A stretch of DNA of 64,000 bases from Haliotis rubra (taxonomy: Eukaryota), in contig NW_025766998.1 of the NCBI RefSeq assembly GCF_003918875.1, forward strand, positions 806,001 through 870,000, given 5' to 3'. This document shows, one piece after another, positions 47,633 through 60,139 of the stretch; positions within the stretch are counted from its first letter, which is position 1; every line of letters starts with the position of its first letter. The position numbers and the translations under genes were made by a program. The notes beneath the pieces are model-generated. The model saw only the letters and a list, made by a program, of their open reading frames with translations, was not told the origin of the DNA and made no database searches.

Positions 47633-48150
47633 GTACTGTGTAGGCTGGGGCTACAGGGACTGTGTAGGCTGGGGCTACAGGGACTGTGTAGGCTGGGGCT
47701 ACAGGGACTGTGTAGGCTGGGGCTACAGGGACTGTGTAGGCTGGGGCTACAGGGACTGTGTAGGCTGGGGCTACAGGGACTGTGTAGGGGACTGTGCAGG
47801 CTGGGGGCTACAGGGAGGGACTGTGTAGGCTGGGGCTACAGGACTGTGTAGGCTGGGGCTACAGGGACTGTGTAGGCTGGGGCTACAGGGACTGTGCAGG
47901 CTGGGGCTACAGGGACTGTGTAGGCTGGGGCTACAGGGACTGTAGGCTGGGGCTACAGGGACTGTGTAGGCTGGGGCTACAGGGACTGTGTAGGCTGGGG
48001 CTACAGGGACTGTGTAGGCTGGGGCTACAGGGACTGTGTAGGCTGGGGCTACAGGGACTGTGTAGGCTGGGGCTACAGGGACTGTGTAGGCTGGGGCTAC
48101 AGGGACTGTGTGGACTGGGGCTACAGGGACTGTGTAGGCTGGGATACAGG
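47633..48150. repeat. 24-bp G-rich minisatellite, ~21 copies
   Basis: Unit CTACAGGGACTGTGTAGGCTGGGG. Confidence 0.95.
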
Positions 48151-49744
48151 GGCCCTCACTGTGCCATGTTATATAGAGATTTATTGTACAGAGGCTATTT
48201 TGTCTAAGACAAGTGTATTGAGAAAAATTATTCTGTTTTGATACAGGAATGATCAAGCATTTGGTTGTAGATAGCTAGAATAAGCTTAGCTGTAAATATG
48301 TTAGCTATGCAATAAAAAGATATGAACTGGTGATACTGGTTTGTTTTCAGTGTTGTGATTTGCTTGTTCGGGGGTGCAAGGATGAATAGTTTTTGTGAAA
48401 GCCTTGGTTCAAAAGGACCCCCTCAGCGTTTAAATGTGGATCTCACAATGGGTACATGTAAGGTTACAGAGAACCTCTTATTGTGTATGTTTGAAGTTTG
48501 TTTATGAGTCATTTATGTTTGCCTAAAGTGTGCCTAACTCAAATGCTCTGTACTCCATGTTGAAATGGCCACAACACCCCCTGATGTTGATTGTATGTGG
48601 GTACAATCTGTGATGAATCAAGTTAGAGCTATCTTCAACAACACATGCTTGTGAGAGACATCTGGATCCAGTAGCCAGGTTCCCGGACTTGGTTGATGCA
48701 TGGCATGGTATCTCAGTGATGTCCATGATGCCAGTCACTGGATTATCTGGTCCAGTCTTCATTATTAACAGACCACTGACATGTTGAACATTTCTGTGTG
48801 TTGCATTAAAAACAAACTTAGTAAGTATTCAGTTCCATCTTCTATACAGGATTGAGTGGGACACTGGACACAGATTGATATGGTCCAATAGTTCTGTGCT
48901 ACAATGAATTGGATTTCACATCTCCCTTTAAAACCCCTTGCTTAGCATGTATAACTAACACCATAGGGCATACTTTCTGGTTTATGGACATTAATATTTT
49001 AAAGTATTTAAAGATGGCATCTTTTTTGTTTCAAGGGTCTCATAGGCTCAAATCAGCATCTACTAACAAGATGAGTACGAAATGATGCCATTCCTCAACA
49101 TCCACAGTGGTGCACACATCTCCCCGCCCTTGTCCTGAAAGTTTATTAAATGAGCATTGAAACTCACTCACACTCCACCCCCACCCCCTTTCTCAATAAG
49201 CTGTACCCTGCTCTATGTAGCCTGATTTACTGTATGAATAGAATCAGTCACAGTGTTCTGTGAATACTGACCAGTCAAAGCTATCCTGAATGTTTGATAA
49301 ATACACATTCAAAACAGCTATGTGTGTATGTTTTAGAAGCAGAACAGGGGTCTGTGGTAGCCCATCCAAGACCTGTTTCACTTCCAGTATTCCCCCCTCA
49401 TCAAGCTCACACGGTATGATATACTTGAAGTATTATTCAAAGCCTATATCCGAGTTGCCATGGTTATTTAGGTTACCTAGGCAATGTTGTATATTTACGG
49501 ATTTAGGTGGTAACGTTAATTAAACATGTTAATACAGGCGCATCAAACAATGCACTCAGGCATTATCTGTGTAATTAACTCCATTAACGCTATATACTGA
49601 GCTGCGATCATGCCTCGTGTAATTTACCAACTTGCGTTAATCAGTGAGATTTGAGCCCGTACCCTTTGATCAATTACCGAGTTATTGTCTTTAATTCGAT
49701 GTTCATGTGAAAACTCTGTAATTAACGGTCGATGTGTATGGCGT

Positions 49745-50100
49745 GGGAGGTGAGGTGAAATTGGGTTTTACGTCGTGCTTGAGAATATTTCGCTTATATG
49801 ACGACGTGCATGCGTGTGTATGTGTATGTGCGGCTGCTTGTACTAGCCCAGACTTAAGCTGGTTTTATAGTGCTAGCCCACTGAGATACCATGCCACAGT
49901 GAAGCATGAATACCCAACTCAGACACATTATACTGACTCCGAGCCGACCAGTCCATGATGTACCCATTAATGCCGAGCGCCAGGCAGGGACCAACAAGTA
50001 CCATATTTAAACGTCTTTTGGCTTGACGCGGTCGGGGATCGAACCCGCAACCTTCCGCTCTCCGGGCGGACGCTCTAACCACTACACCACGGAGGCGGTC
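49745..50100 (-). mobile_element. SINE family C (tRNA head, ~355 bp; central domain recalls Meta/MESC-type SINEs)
   Basis: Reverse complement of 62982-63334; 9-bp TSD GTATGGCGT. The superfamily name is from recall only. Confidence 0.85.
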
Positions 50101-50234
50101 GTATGGCGTCTGAACGTATTGCTTCTTGAAACATAGACGTCTACATAGCGTGTGTTTAATAGGAGAAATATTGCAATAACAGTCATGAAACATGCTTGGA
50201 ACACACATACGCACTACACCAATCGCGGAGATAA

Positions 50235-50345
50235 TCCTCATGATATTGGTCACTGGATTGTCTGGTCCAGATACGATTATTTACAGACAGCCGCCATATA
50301 GCTGGAATGTTGATGAGTGCGGGGTTAAACATCAGACAAGCAAAC
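50235..50345 (+). mobile_element. SINE-like family B, 3' part
   Basis: CACTGGATTGTCTGGTCCAGA..GCCGCCATATAGCTGGAAT..GTTAAACA. Confidence 0.75.
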
Positions 50346-51321
50346 ACACAAGTACGTACGCACGCAGGTACACGCACGTATGTATGTACACCTGAAAGAG
50401 ATGGAAGCGCCATTCCTTCCTTACATAACTGACTCCAATATTATTTACGCTTATGAAGGTATAAATCTAACAATGATGAACGCAACACCCGGATACATGG
50501 CGGGTGAGATAGGGTCAAGGCCGTGTACATATATAAGTAGAGTGTACCGGAATTTTCCCATGCAGCAATGCACGGAAACTTACTATCATATTGTCTTACT
50601 TTTGATCGTCGTGCACTTTGTCTATGCCGCCCGAGTTTACGGCGTAAATACACACAACATTACGTGAAAATCCAGATGGCAAGCATATATGTTTCAATGC
50701 TTAGCCAACACGTGGTTTTAGCATTGACTGGAATAATTAAAGGGAGACTTGACCGTGGCGTAATGACAGGTAAACATCACGCAGATTAATGATGTGTATA
50801 TACCAGCAGTTACTGGTTCCCTTGGTTACCTTAGATACAAAGTTACAATGTCTCAGTTTCACGGTTCTCAGGCACAAAAGGTCTCAGTTCTACGCATGAT
50901 CTTCACCGCAATGTCTCATTACGATGTCTCAGTTCAACACACGACAATGCCCTGTTTAGATCAAAGACAGTGCCCCTTTAAAATTATAACACCACTTTCT
51001 CTGCAAGATATACGCATACCTCATTAAGAGCACACTATATTATCATTAACATTTCTGAAAATCGATTATTTAAAAGTGATCAATGTAGTTAGCAACGTGA
51101 GTATGTTCCATAAATCTTATGTCACGAGACACACAGTCATCACGTGACATAATTAGCCCCAAGGACAGCAAATCAGGCAAGGTTGTGTTATGAATTATAG
51201 GTGTGACGGCAAATTATTTCAACAAACAGGCTACAAAGACAATCAATTAGAGAAATACCACCACATTATTTTCTCAGTTCGGATCTTTGAATCAAGCACG
51301 TCCTTGACCTGTAGACGTAAC

Positions 51322-51470
51322 AGTGAGTGAGTGAATTTGGTTTTACGCCGCTTTTAGCAATATTCCTGCAATATCACGGCGGGGGACACTAGAAATGGGC
51401 TTCACACATTGTACCCGGGTCATCAGCGTGATGAGCCAACGATTTAACCACTAGGCTACCCCACCGCCCC
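51322..51470 (-). mobile_element. SINE family A
   Basis: Reverse complement of the family A consensus with a small internal deletion. Confidence 0.85.
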
Positions 51471-51666
51471 ATAAACACATGTTAACCGTTAACCTTATCA
51501 GCAACAAGTTACCGACACAATACATGCCGTATTAGTATACTGAGGAAACAGACAGGAGACAATCACATCTTCTCTGTGTACTTTAATTTATCCCCAGCTC
51601 AATATAAGACTTTATAAGTTTCCCAAGAAACGTGGGGAAGAATTAAGAACATCTTCGTTCATATGT

Positions 51667-51833
51667 GGGTGGTGGGGTAGCCTAGTGGTTAAAACGTTTG
51701 CTCGTCACGCTGAAGACCTGGGTTCGATTCCCCACATGGGTGCAATGTGTGAAGCCCATTTCTGGTGGCCCCGCCGTGATATTGCTGGACATTGTGCTAA
51801 AAGCGGCGTCAAACTATACTCACCCACTCACTC
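51667..51833 (+). mobile_element. SINE family A
   Basis: Full copy; TSD TTCATATGT (51658-51666, 51835-51843). Confidence 0.88.
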
Positions 51834-52804
51834 TTTCATATGTTGTATTTTCCCCTTCTGTATGGAAATAACAGGATTTATCATTTACAAATTCCTGTAT
51901 GCATTTCCAGTCATGGGCGTAATGTAACAAGTAGCGTTCAATGGAAATATCCATATGTGCTCTCTCAGCAATTTTCGGCTCAATTTCAAATGCTACGGAA
52001 TAAAGAGTCTGACCAAAACTAGAAGTGTATGTTTATTTGTGGTCAAACTGTATAGTAATAGTAGCATTCTACCATGACTTCAGTAAATACTGGATTGTGA
52101 TTGGTTAATTAAAGTCATTCAGAGGTATATGACCACGTTATACACCTCTGATTTTCCAACGGTATTTTATTTATTTATAATCTTAATAATAATAATGGTT
52201 ATAGTAGAATATACTACGCGTTCGGTTTTGAATTTCGAACGATGTAATAATTCCTCTTTATATTCAAATATACAACGATACAACACACGACCACAGTTCA
52301 ATACGAGGTGATTCACAGGGACTGTAATCATGCCAATCCGATATTGATCCCACTAATTTGAATATCCAACTTCCTTATTTGGTATCAGTTGAACGCGCAA
52401 GGTTGTCATTTTACACGTGTGGTGTAACACGAGGACATGAGTCAGACACAATTCAGTAATCTCTTTGGGGTCGATTGTACATTTAGTTTTTTGAGCCCAT
52501 TCTGCTTGACTCGATATATTTATTTTGATTGATCATCACCTTGGTTGTCAACGCTAAGTAATATTTTTTCCCGATGAAGACTTTCAATAATGAATTGTCG
52601 TCTCTTCCCAGCCGCTTATCAGATCAGTACTTCGTTTCTCCCCCGCTATTTACACAGCACCACTTCTCATCAATATATGTCCCGTCAATTATTTATCAGA
52701 ATAGAAATATATAACCAAACTAGTCACGACGTGATCCAACAGCTGGCTCTGGGATCGGTTGAAATCAGTAGTAAAAGCATACGATAGACTGCGTGTAAAC
52801 GCTC

Positions 52805-52900
52805 AACCAATCAAAAACAACTATTCTGTGACGTCACAGTCAGGTATCGATTCCTTGGCCACAAATGGCCAGCTTAGACTATTTATAGCCTGACACGTGA
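52805..52900 (+). promoter_or_regulatory. Promoter of the ankyrin/SOCS-box gene: CCAAT, CRE, TATA-like, E-box
   Basis: CCAAT 52807, palindrome CTGTGACGTCACAG 52826-52839, TATTTATA 52880-52887 and CACGTG 52894-52899, within ~200 bp of the ATG. Confidence 0.6.
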
Positions 52901-53010
52901 CCAGACGTGTTGTGTTTACTGTTCGACAGGACAGATCTTGTGTACGGGATATTTATTTTCTGGATATAACCCCTTACACTGGATAAAGGGGGTAAGATTG
53001 CGGATTCGCG

Positions 53011-53793
53011 ATGTTTAGATTTATAAGCGCAATAAGGAATGGATCTTCTGTTGAAGAAATCGAGCGATGGCGAGTGAAGAGCGATCCTGATATGACCGAC
53101 GGGGGAGGGGACATATTGTACCCTCCTCTAGAAGCGCTTCGTTTTGCAGTAATGTACAGTCACTTGGATTACGCACGTCATATTCTCCGAACATTTGGTG
53201 AGGAAGTTTTGCGAGTGAGTCTGTGCTGTCCTCTTCTCTTATTAGCCGTCAGACTTAACGATGAGGCAATGTTGAAACTGCTTTGCGTGGAGAGCCGGTT
53301 AATCGGTGTTAAAGTAAACATAAATTATGTGAACGCCAGAGGTTGTGAACTTATGGAGAATGGAAAGACAGCGCTTCACACTGCAGCCGAGTTGGGATAT
53401 GTTAACTGTACGAAGATATTACTACAACATGGAGCCAATCCAATCTTGAAAGATTCAACTCTCATGACCCCTTTGGAGAAATCCTGCCGAAAATACCGTG
53501 CAACGTTGAACAACCTCAAGTGTTGTGTTGAACTGCTCAAGTGTGAAAAACAGGTTCAACACAAGTTACTTCCCTTGCTTGTAACTCTTCACGACCGAGT
53601 TCACGTTGACGGTTTGTGTGATGTGTGTAAACTTGTACCAACTTCGGTCCAACCGAGCAGTTTAGAACACCTTAGTAAATGCAGTATACGTATGGCGATG
53701 GGAATACACCTTCCACACGTTGTTAAAACATTGCCGGTGCCATTAATCGTTCGTAAATCCATATCGTTCCAAGACAACGAGGATTGTACATAG
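53011..53793 (+). CDS. Ankyrin repeat and SOCS box protein (ASB-like), single coding exon, 260 aa
   Basis: Ankyrin repeat GKTALHTAAELGYVNCTKILLQHGANP; C-terminal SOCS box PSSLEHLSKCSIR..TLPVPLIVR; AATAAA at 54811-54816. Confidence 0.88.
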   Translation: MFRFISAIRNGSSVEEIERWRVKSDPDMTDGGGDILYPPLEALRFAVMYSHLDYARHILRTFGEEVLRVSLCCPLLLLAVRLNDEAMLKLLCVESRLIGVKVNINYVNARGCELMENGKTALHTAAELGYVNCTKILLQHGANPILKDSTLMTPLEKSCRKYRATLNNLKCCVELLKCEKQVQHKLLPLLVTLHDRVHVDGLCDVCKLVPTSVQPSSLEHLSKCSIRMAMGIHLPHVVKTLPVPLIVRKSISFQDNEDCT

Positions 53794-54999
53794 CGTATGT
53801 GTGTTATGGTTTGATGACTAATTGTTAATCACACAGTTGTGTGTGACGTCAGTGATGATATAGTATTTATGGCACGTCAGTGGGGGAAGTATTGTACATA
53901 TCATTCGTGTATTTATTGCTCAAAAGCGTCTAGGTCGTACTTATGTTCGTTTAATGTATGTGCTTTTAGTGTATACGAGGGCGAATGCTCCTCTCGTCCA
54001 AGAAACACCGTGAGACATACATGTGTGTCTGCAGAAATGCCTTATTTTGAGTAAGGACACGTGTTTTCGAAAACAGTCTCACAACTATGCAAGTTGATAC
54101 ATCTGCTGTCATTTTGAAATACACATATATCTCTCAACTGCAGAAAGTAGCTCAATCCCTATATGTTACGAAGTTGTCTTTCATGATGAACTAGACCTGA
54201 CTGTTATGTTTCAATATTGAAATTAAATGTAATCTTCGGTGTTATTTGTTAGGCAGTCGGGGGTGTTTGGGTTATACAACTGCCACTTTTGTACATTCAT
54301 TCGAATGTAGCCAATTTAACGTGATCGATGTAAATATATGTTATTTAAGTAGTTATTTATGATACGATATCATTATCTTTTTTTGTCATTTTAAAGGGGC
54401 ACTTTTACCCTTTTAGAGTTGTTCTGAGTACATTAGACGTTGTATCACGCTTTCATTTGGATGCAAGATTCGAAGGAGGAATTATGTTATAAATGAACAC
54501 TCTCACAACCCTTCTCACTGATCATGAAGATTCAAATTGGGCCTAACTTTACAGTTGCATTTTATATATATCTTTAACTGCCATCTTATTCCTAATTTAT
54601 TAATCATGTTATCACAGAGTACATTTTAAAATTCATTTCGTGTATTTTTAAAACCAGATTATGAGATCTTGTTATTTTCTGTTATTAATTTAATTCTATT
54701 TATTATCTTGAAATATTTAGCTCTATACAAGCTTGCAACATCTGTGATGGGGGAATGCTTGAATGTGTTTTTGTTGTTAACTGGGAATGAACTATGGAGA
54801 TATATACATGAATAAAACAATACTATCAAAACTGGTGTTCAATATACTAGATATTTGAAGCCCAAATCTGGTGGCGCTTTCAACTTAAAGAGGCACATTC
54901 AGTGCTTAGTGGACATGGGGAAGCTACCGGAGTTGTGTGCCTTAGCTACCAGGTACTACCCCAGTGAATTTCACCTGTGTGGCGAACTTCTCAGACCTT

Positions 55000-55218
55000 T
55001 GTTTGTTTGTTTATTGTTTAACCCCGCCCTCAGCTCTATTCCAGCTACATGACGGCGGTCTGTAAATAATCGAGTCTGGACCAGACAATCCAGTGATCAA
55101 TATCATGACCATTGATCTACGCAGCTGGAATACGATGACATGTCAGAGAGCCTGACCAGCCGATTCCGTTAGTCGCCTCTTACGACAAGCATGGGTTGCC
55201 GAGGACCTATTCACGGTT
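55000..55218 (-). mobile_element. SINE-like family B
   Basis: Family B body including CGTTAGTCGCCTCTTACGACAAGCATGGG. Confidence 0.8.
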
Positions 55219-56064
55219 CGTCTCAGATGCGAGTCGCTTTCTCTGCCATTTTGAACTGTCACGTTAGATATAACATTGAAATACTGAAACCAAACTCGCT
55301 CCCTAGGTTTCAGGAGGGATTATGTTAATCTCAGCAAGGCTATTGGTAATTAACACAATGCTGTAATCGCGCAATGACTCTGCCTGAAACCATGCATGCA
55401 GCAATCCCTGATAATCCTACTACTAAGGTACTAATTACACAATTACACAAGGCACTTACTGGTATTACGCAAGGAACAGACGGACATGTAATGGACCTGG
55501 GGACTGGACAGCACAGTCCCTCTGGTCAAGCTGTCAGCTGTACGTTGTGTTAAGTGTGATTGAATGAGTTTTGTTCCCTGCTCAATCATTTGTACTAATG
55601 TATCATAGTTGATGATGAAATCAGGATATTATATTTATTCCGGAAGTAGAATCAGCAAGCCCTAAAGTAAAGAGGCCCAATGGTTCTACTTCCGTACAAT
55701 CAACAGAGTGACCAAAACACACAGACAGACAGATTTTATTCAGTAATATTGTCCTACTGGTCCATGTTACAAATGTTGTTACAACATTTTTGTTGTCACG
55801 TGGTAAGAACGTAGAAATAATTTATTTAAACACTGTTTCAAACATTCTTGGAAAATACACACTTTCGAAATATTGCTATTGCTTTAACGGTACATCTATT
55901 TTGTGAATTCAACATATTTATCATTTGGGATTTCCATACATATTTGCCATCGAGAAATGATCTGAAAACAACCGATCCGATCCGAACGACAAGTTCAATA
56001 GCCCTTTCCCGGACTTCAAATACGGATGATGACGATCTAACCATATTGTTTCCTCTTCCGGTCA

Positions 56065-56228
56065 GGGTGGTGGCGGGGTAACCTAGTGATAAAGGCGTTC
56101 GCTCGTCACGCTGAAGACCCGGGTTTGATTCCCCACATGGGCACAATATGTGAAGCCCATTTCTGGTGTCCTCCGCCGTGATATTGTTGGAATATCGTTA
56201 AAAGCGGCGTAAAACTAAACTCACTCAT
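56065..56228 (+). mobile_element. SINE family A
   Basis: A/B boxes, body and tail. Confidence 0.85.
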
Positions 56229-57087
56229 CACCTATGCAATCAGTTTAGGACTGGGGTATTAGATTTACCCTTTGTCATTCTAAATGTTGCTTGTTGCTAT
56301 GAAAAATGTACATTTTCAACGTTAACCAAAGTTCGGTCATGTAGGTTTACATTCAGTGTCTGAGTATCACATAACTAATCACAGCTTAGTAAAAAGATGT
56401 CGGATATCTTTGTCTATTCACTATCTTTTACAACGGATTCACAACTCATTCACTATCTTTTACAACGGATTCACGCCCCAGGATGAACATATAGAGACTT
56501 CAATTGTGGTAACACATGACATAGGACACTGTGACCGGAAGGTTGTATTGAAGTGTACACGTTTATTTTAATTGACGTACACACAACCATTTAAACGATC
56601 TCCGAACTGAAATATTTCAAAAGAACATTTTCGAGATAATGATATTTTCATCTCTGATGGTATGCCATGTTTGGATTATTATTACAGCATAAACGGGTCC
56701 TTTCTTCGACCGACTTTGGGCATGTGTACTGATTTACTGGACTAAAAGCATGACGATCACATGCGGACGTAGGCACACCGTCAAGCCAGTAGATATACTG
56801 AAGGAAACAAATAAGGGAAAGTCATTGTACACGGTAAACAACACGCACCTGCTCACTGATGAGCGAACACATATAAATAGCACAGGATACTGGTCTCAGG
56901 CTCTCTTCATGCGTGCAGATACCATTTAATAGGTGATCATATTGTCTCTGATGCGTGTCTGCTGTCACTTTCACCTCCCTGCAGGGCAAAGAAAAACATT
57001 CACCTATATTTGATGGGGGTAAAAATGAAATGATTTTTCGATGACGATGTATGTGCGGATGTTAGATTTATGATTTGAACATTAAAG

Positions 57088-57245
57088 GAGTAAGTGAGTA
57101 TGGATTTACACCGTATTTAGCAATATTCCAGCAATATCACGGCGGGGGACACAAAATATGGGCTTCACACATAGTACCCATGTAGGGAATCGAACCCGAG
57201 TCTTCAGCGTGATGAGCGGACGCTTTAACCATAAGGCTACCTCAC
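57088..57245 (-). mobile_element. SINE family A
   Basis: Reverse complement of the family A consensus. Confidence 0.8.
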
Positions 57246-58264
57246 GAGAACCTAAGGGTCAGTAGGTCGACTGGTCTGAGGTTTTGTTTACAAAATGTTC
57301 TAATGTTGTGTTTTGGCGATTATTTACGACTAGGTAAAGGTTGGATAGTAGTTTTGTTGTATTTTTGTTGTTGCATACACTTTTTAAGTGAATCATATTT
57401 CTTCCAGCCAATGTATTCGTGTACATATTTACAGAAGAGATATATACTGCATATGAAGTCATTGTATTAAGTTTCTCATATACATCGAGTTGTATACCAG
57501 CGATTCATAATACCAACTTGGATATTCTAAAGAATAGATAAAACATGTCTGGCTTTTGAGTCGTACGTCACAGACATGACAGAGGCTACTGAGAATGGAT
57601 GATACAAGCAGCTATTTCGGGTCCGTGACGTCATCGTGTATTTCTCCCTGTAGTCTCTGCTAATGCGTTAGATATGACACACATACCTACACTTGAACAC
57701 TTGAACGAACGTACACGCCGTCGGTTCTCCATATATGGGCAAGCGTTGTATAATCACTTTTCTGATACAATATGTGTACACCCTTATATAGTCCCAGTTA
57801 TATGCAGTCTTTACGGTCACTGAAAACACAAAATAAGAAGAAAAAATCGATAGCGTGGTAATTCAGTGTTAATACAAAAATAAATATTTTTTAAATGGGT
57901 CGTCCACACTTATCATACTTTTGCAGTTCTTGTAGTTCATATGAATAAACTCGTATTCCAGCCAAGGCCTACATCGAGCACACCTTGGTATAGTGCAAAG
58001 TCGTCTACAGTTCTTGTAGATCTACATATGCCGGTATATACTACATGGTCTCTGATCTACATAATAACATCATAATGTTGTCGTGCGTTTAGCAAACAGT
58101 AACATAAATCGATGTCAGCATAAAACTAGTTTTTGTTTGTTTGTTTTTTTAAAATCAAACTTTAGCATCATTGCGAAACGGTCCAGCGTGGAAGAAATGA
58201 CAAAACCTGTCTTTGAAAGAAAGATTTAGAGTTATCGGTTCAGTTCCAGGGGTCGCCAGTGTGT

Positions 58265-58635
58265 TATGAGACTGGTTTACCAGTCATTGAGCGCATGCGC
58301 TCCTGGACTTCAAGGACAAGTCAGAACTAGACTGGTTTGTCTGCTCTTGAGCACTTGCGCTCCTCGCCACACTCCACTTTGTGCAGCTTCTCATAAGCGA
58401 AGGACAGAATACCAGTCTATCTAGTGTGTTGCGTGAACTTCTCCCGCTGACTTCTATCCGTACAGTTCATATTTTGTTGGGAATCTCGCGTTCCAGGTTA
58501 TCGACATCAAGGTAGTATACACTTGCAAACATACTTATGCCAGTTGTCGAAGAATAGACGATTTCGAGGGACATATCACTCCGTTTAGCACAATTATTGT
58601 GTCGTCTGAACCTCCTTGCCAACAAACATGGCGTC
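58265..58635 (+). promoter_or_regulatory. Probable SKP1 promoter and non-coding exon 1
   Basis: NRF1-type palindrome GAGCGCATGCGCTC 58289-58302, CpG-rich, candidate donor AAG|GTAGTA at 58512 and YY1-like AACATGGCG 58625-58633. The SKP1 ATG directly follows an acceptor, so an upstream exon is required. Confidence 0.5.
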
Positions 58636-59352
58636 ATGTTTGGACTTCACAGATGATCCTATGACCCAAGTTTTTATTATTGCAGGACCACATTTTGTTT
58701 GAGTAGAATGAATCTTCATGTGAACTATAGATTAGCTTTCCACATCTGTAAAATAGTATAACTTGACATCTTTTTGATCTGATAACCCTATTCCACCTTT
58801 GTAAACAGTTGAATCAATTTCCCACAGGATAGCTTAGATGAAAGGGTCATAATACTCATACACTCATAATAGTTGCTTATTCTTATAGAGACTTACAAAA
58901 GTGTATAGTAAAATTTCGATGGGAAATGATGCACCTTAGAGTTCTTTGTCAAAGATATATTGTCATGCCTATCAGTCAAACACAACGACGACAATTTCTC
59001 ATAAGTTGGACTATTAATTTTAGTCTCCACATTTGACTAATGACATCATTGAACAATGGTACTTCTAGTTGCTTCATTTAACTACCATGGTTTTCCAGCG
59101 TAATAAAGATCCTACAGATTGACAGAAAGGAAAATGCTTGGCTTGTCACTGTCAGTTTGCACCAATATTGATTTTTCAGGAAAGACAAAATGTTCCACAC
59201 GTTTCTTTAAACATTACTGTTATTATCACTGAAAGAAGAACTAATTGAGAATCCTTTCCATAAGTGTGCAATAAAAACATTGGCCCCACAATCGAAAAAG
59301 GCCATTAAAATATTGGCAAAGTAAGTATTTTATTACTATATGGTAAATAGTG

Positions 59353-59672
59353 TGTGAGTGAGTATGGTTTTACACTGTTTTTGGCACTATTCCAGCAATA
59401 TCATTGCCGGGGACACCTGACATGGGCTTCACACATTTTGCCCATGAAGGGGAGAGAACTTGGGTCTTTGGCGTGACATGGGCGGTGGGGAGGCTAGTAG
59501 TTAAAGCGTTCGCTCGTCACGCTGAAGACCCGGGTTCGATTCCCCACATGGGTACAATGTCTGGTGTCCCCTGCTGTAATATTACTGGAATATTGCCAAA
59601 AGCAGCATAACACTGAACTCACTCACTCACTTTGGTGTGACTGGCGAATGCTTTAACTACTAGGTTGCCCCA
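59353..59672. mobile_element. Nested family A SINEs (plus copy 59480-59629 inside a minus copy)
   Basis: TSD CTTTGGCGTGAC (59466-59477) / CTTTGGTGTGAC (59630-59641). Confidence 0.8.
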
Positions 59673-59966
59673 TATTGTAAGTGAATATAGAAAATAACTT
59701 AAATTTCTGTATTAAGTGTTGGTACTTTAGAATCTAGTGCAGAAAGTATTGACCACCTGGATATGTTGTACTGAAACTGGAAATATAGTTACTGTTGGTG
59801 CTTGGTATTAACATGATTTGGGTAATTAGACATGAACTGGCTAGCTTGGAGTCAGTAAAAAGTGTCTTGTTCAGCCATGAAGTTGTACAGCTCAGGGGTT
59901 TATCACTGTAAAGTAGGCTCAAATCTAGAACAAAGAAAAAATATCCACAAGACGTGTCGCTATGAG

Positions 59967-60139
59967 CAGGGATTGGGAAAGGCAGGGCCATGGGCCATTT
60001 TGTACATAAGAATAAAAAATGGCCCATTAAAATTTTGAAGTTTACTATTGATACAAGTGCAGTGGCCCATTCTAAATTCAGAAAATGGCTAATAATCCTG
60101 AAAATGGCCCATTGTCAAAGTTCTCTATCCCAATCCCTG
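59967..60139. mobile_element. MITE with CAGGGATTGGGA termini and 6-bp TSD
   Basis: 12-bp TIR; TATGAG at 59961-59966 and 60140-60145. Confidence 0.85.

Noticed and set aside
47594-48256. Repetitive ORFs (GLQGLCRL, CVGWGYRD, PAYTVPVA)
   Set aside because: Artefacts of a 24-bp unit that lacks stops in several frames; no splice or start context.
49873-50253. 126-aa ORF and similar ORFs at 62811-63288 and 51685-51927
   Set aside because: They are read through SINE sequence.
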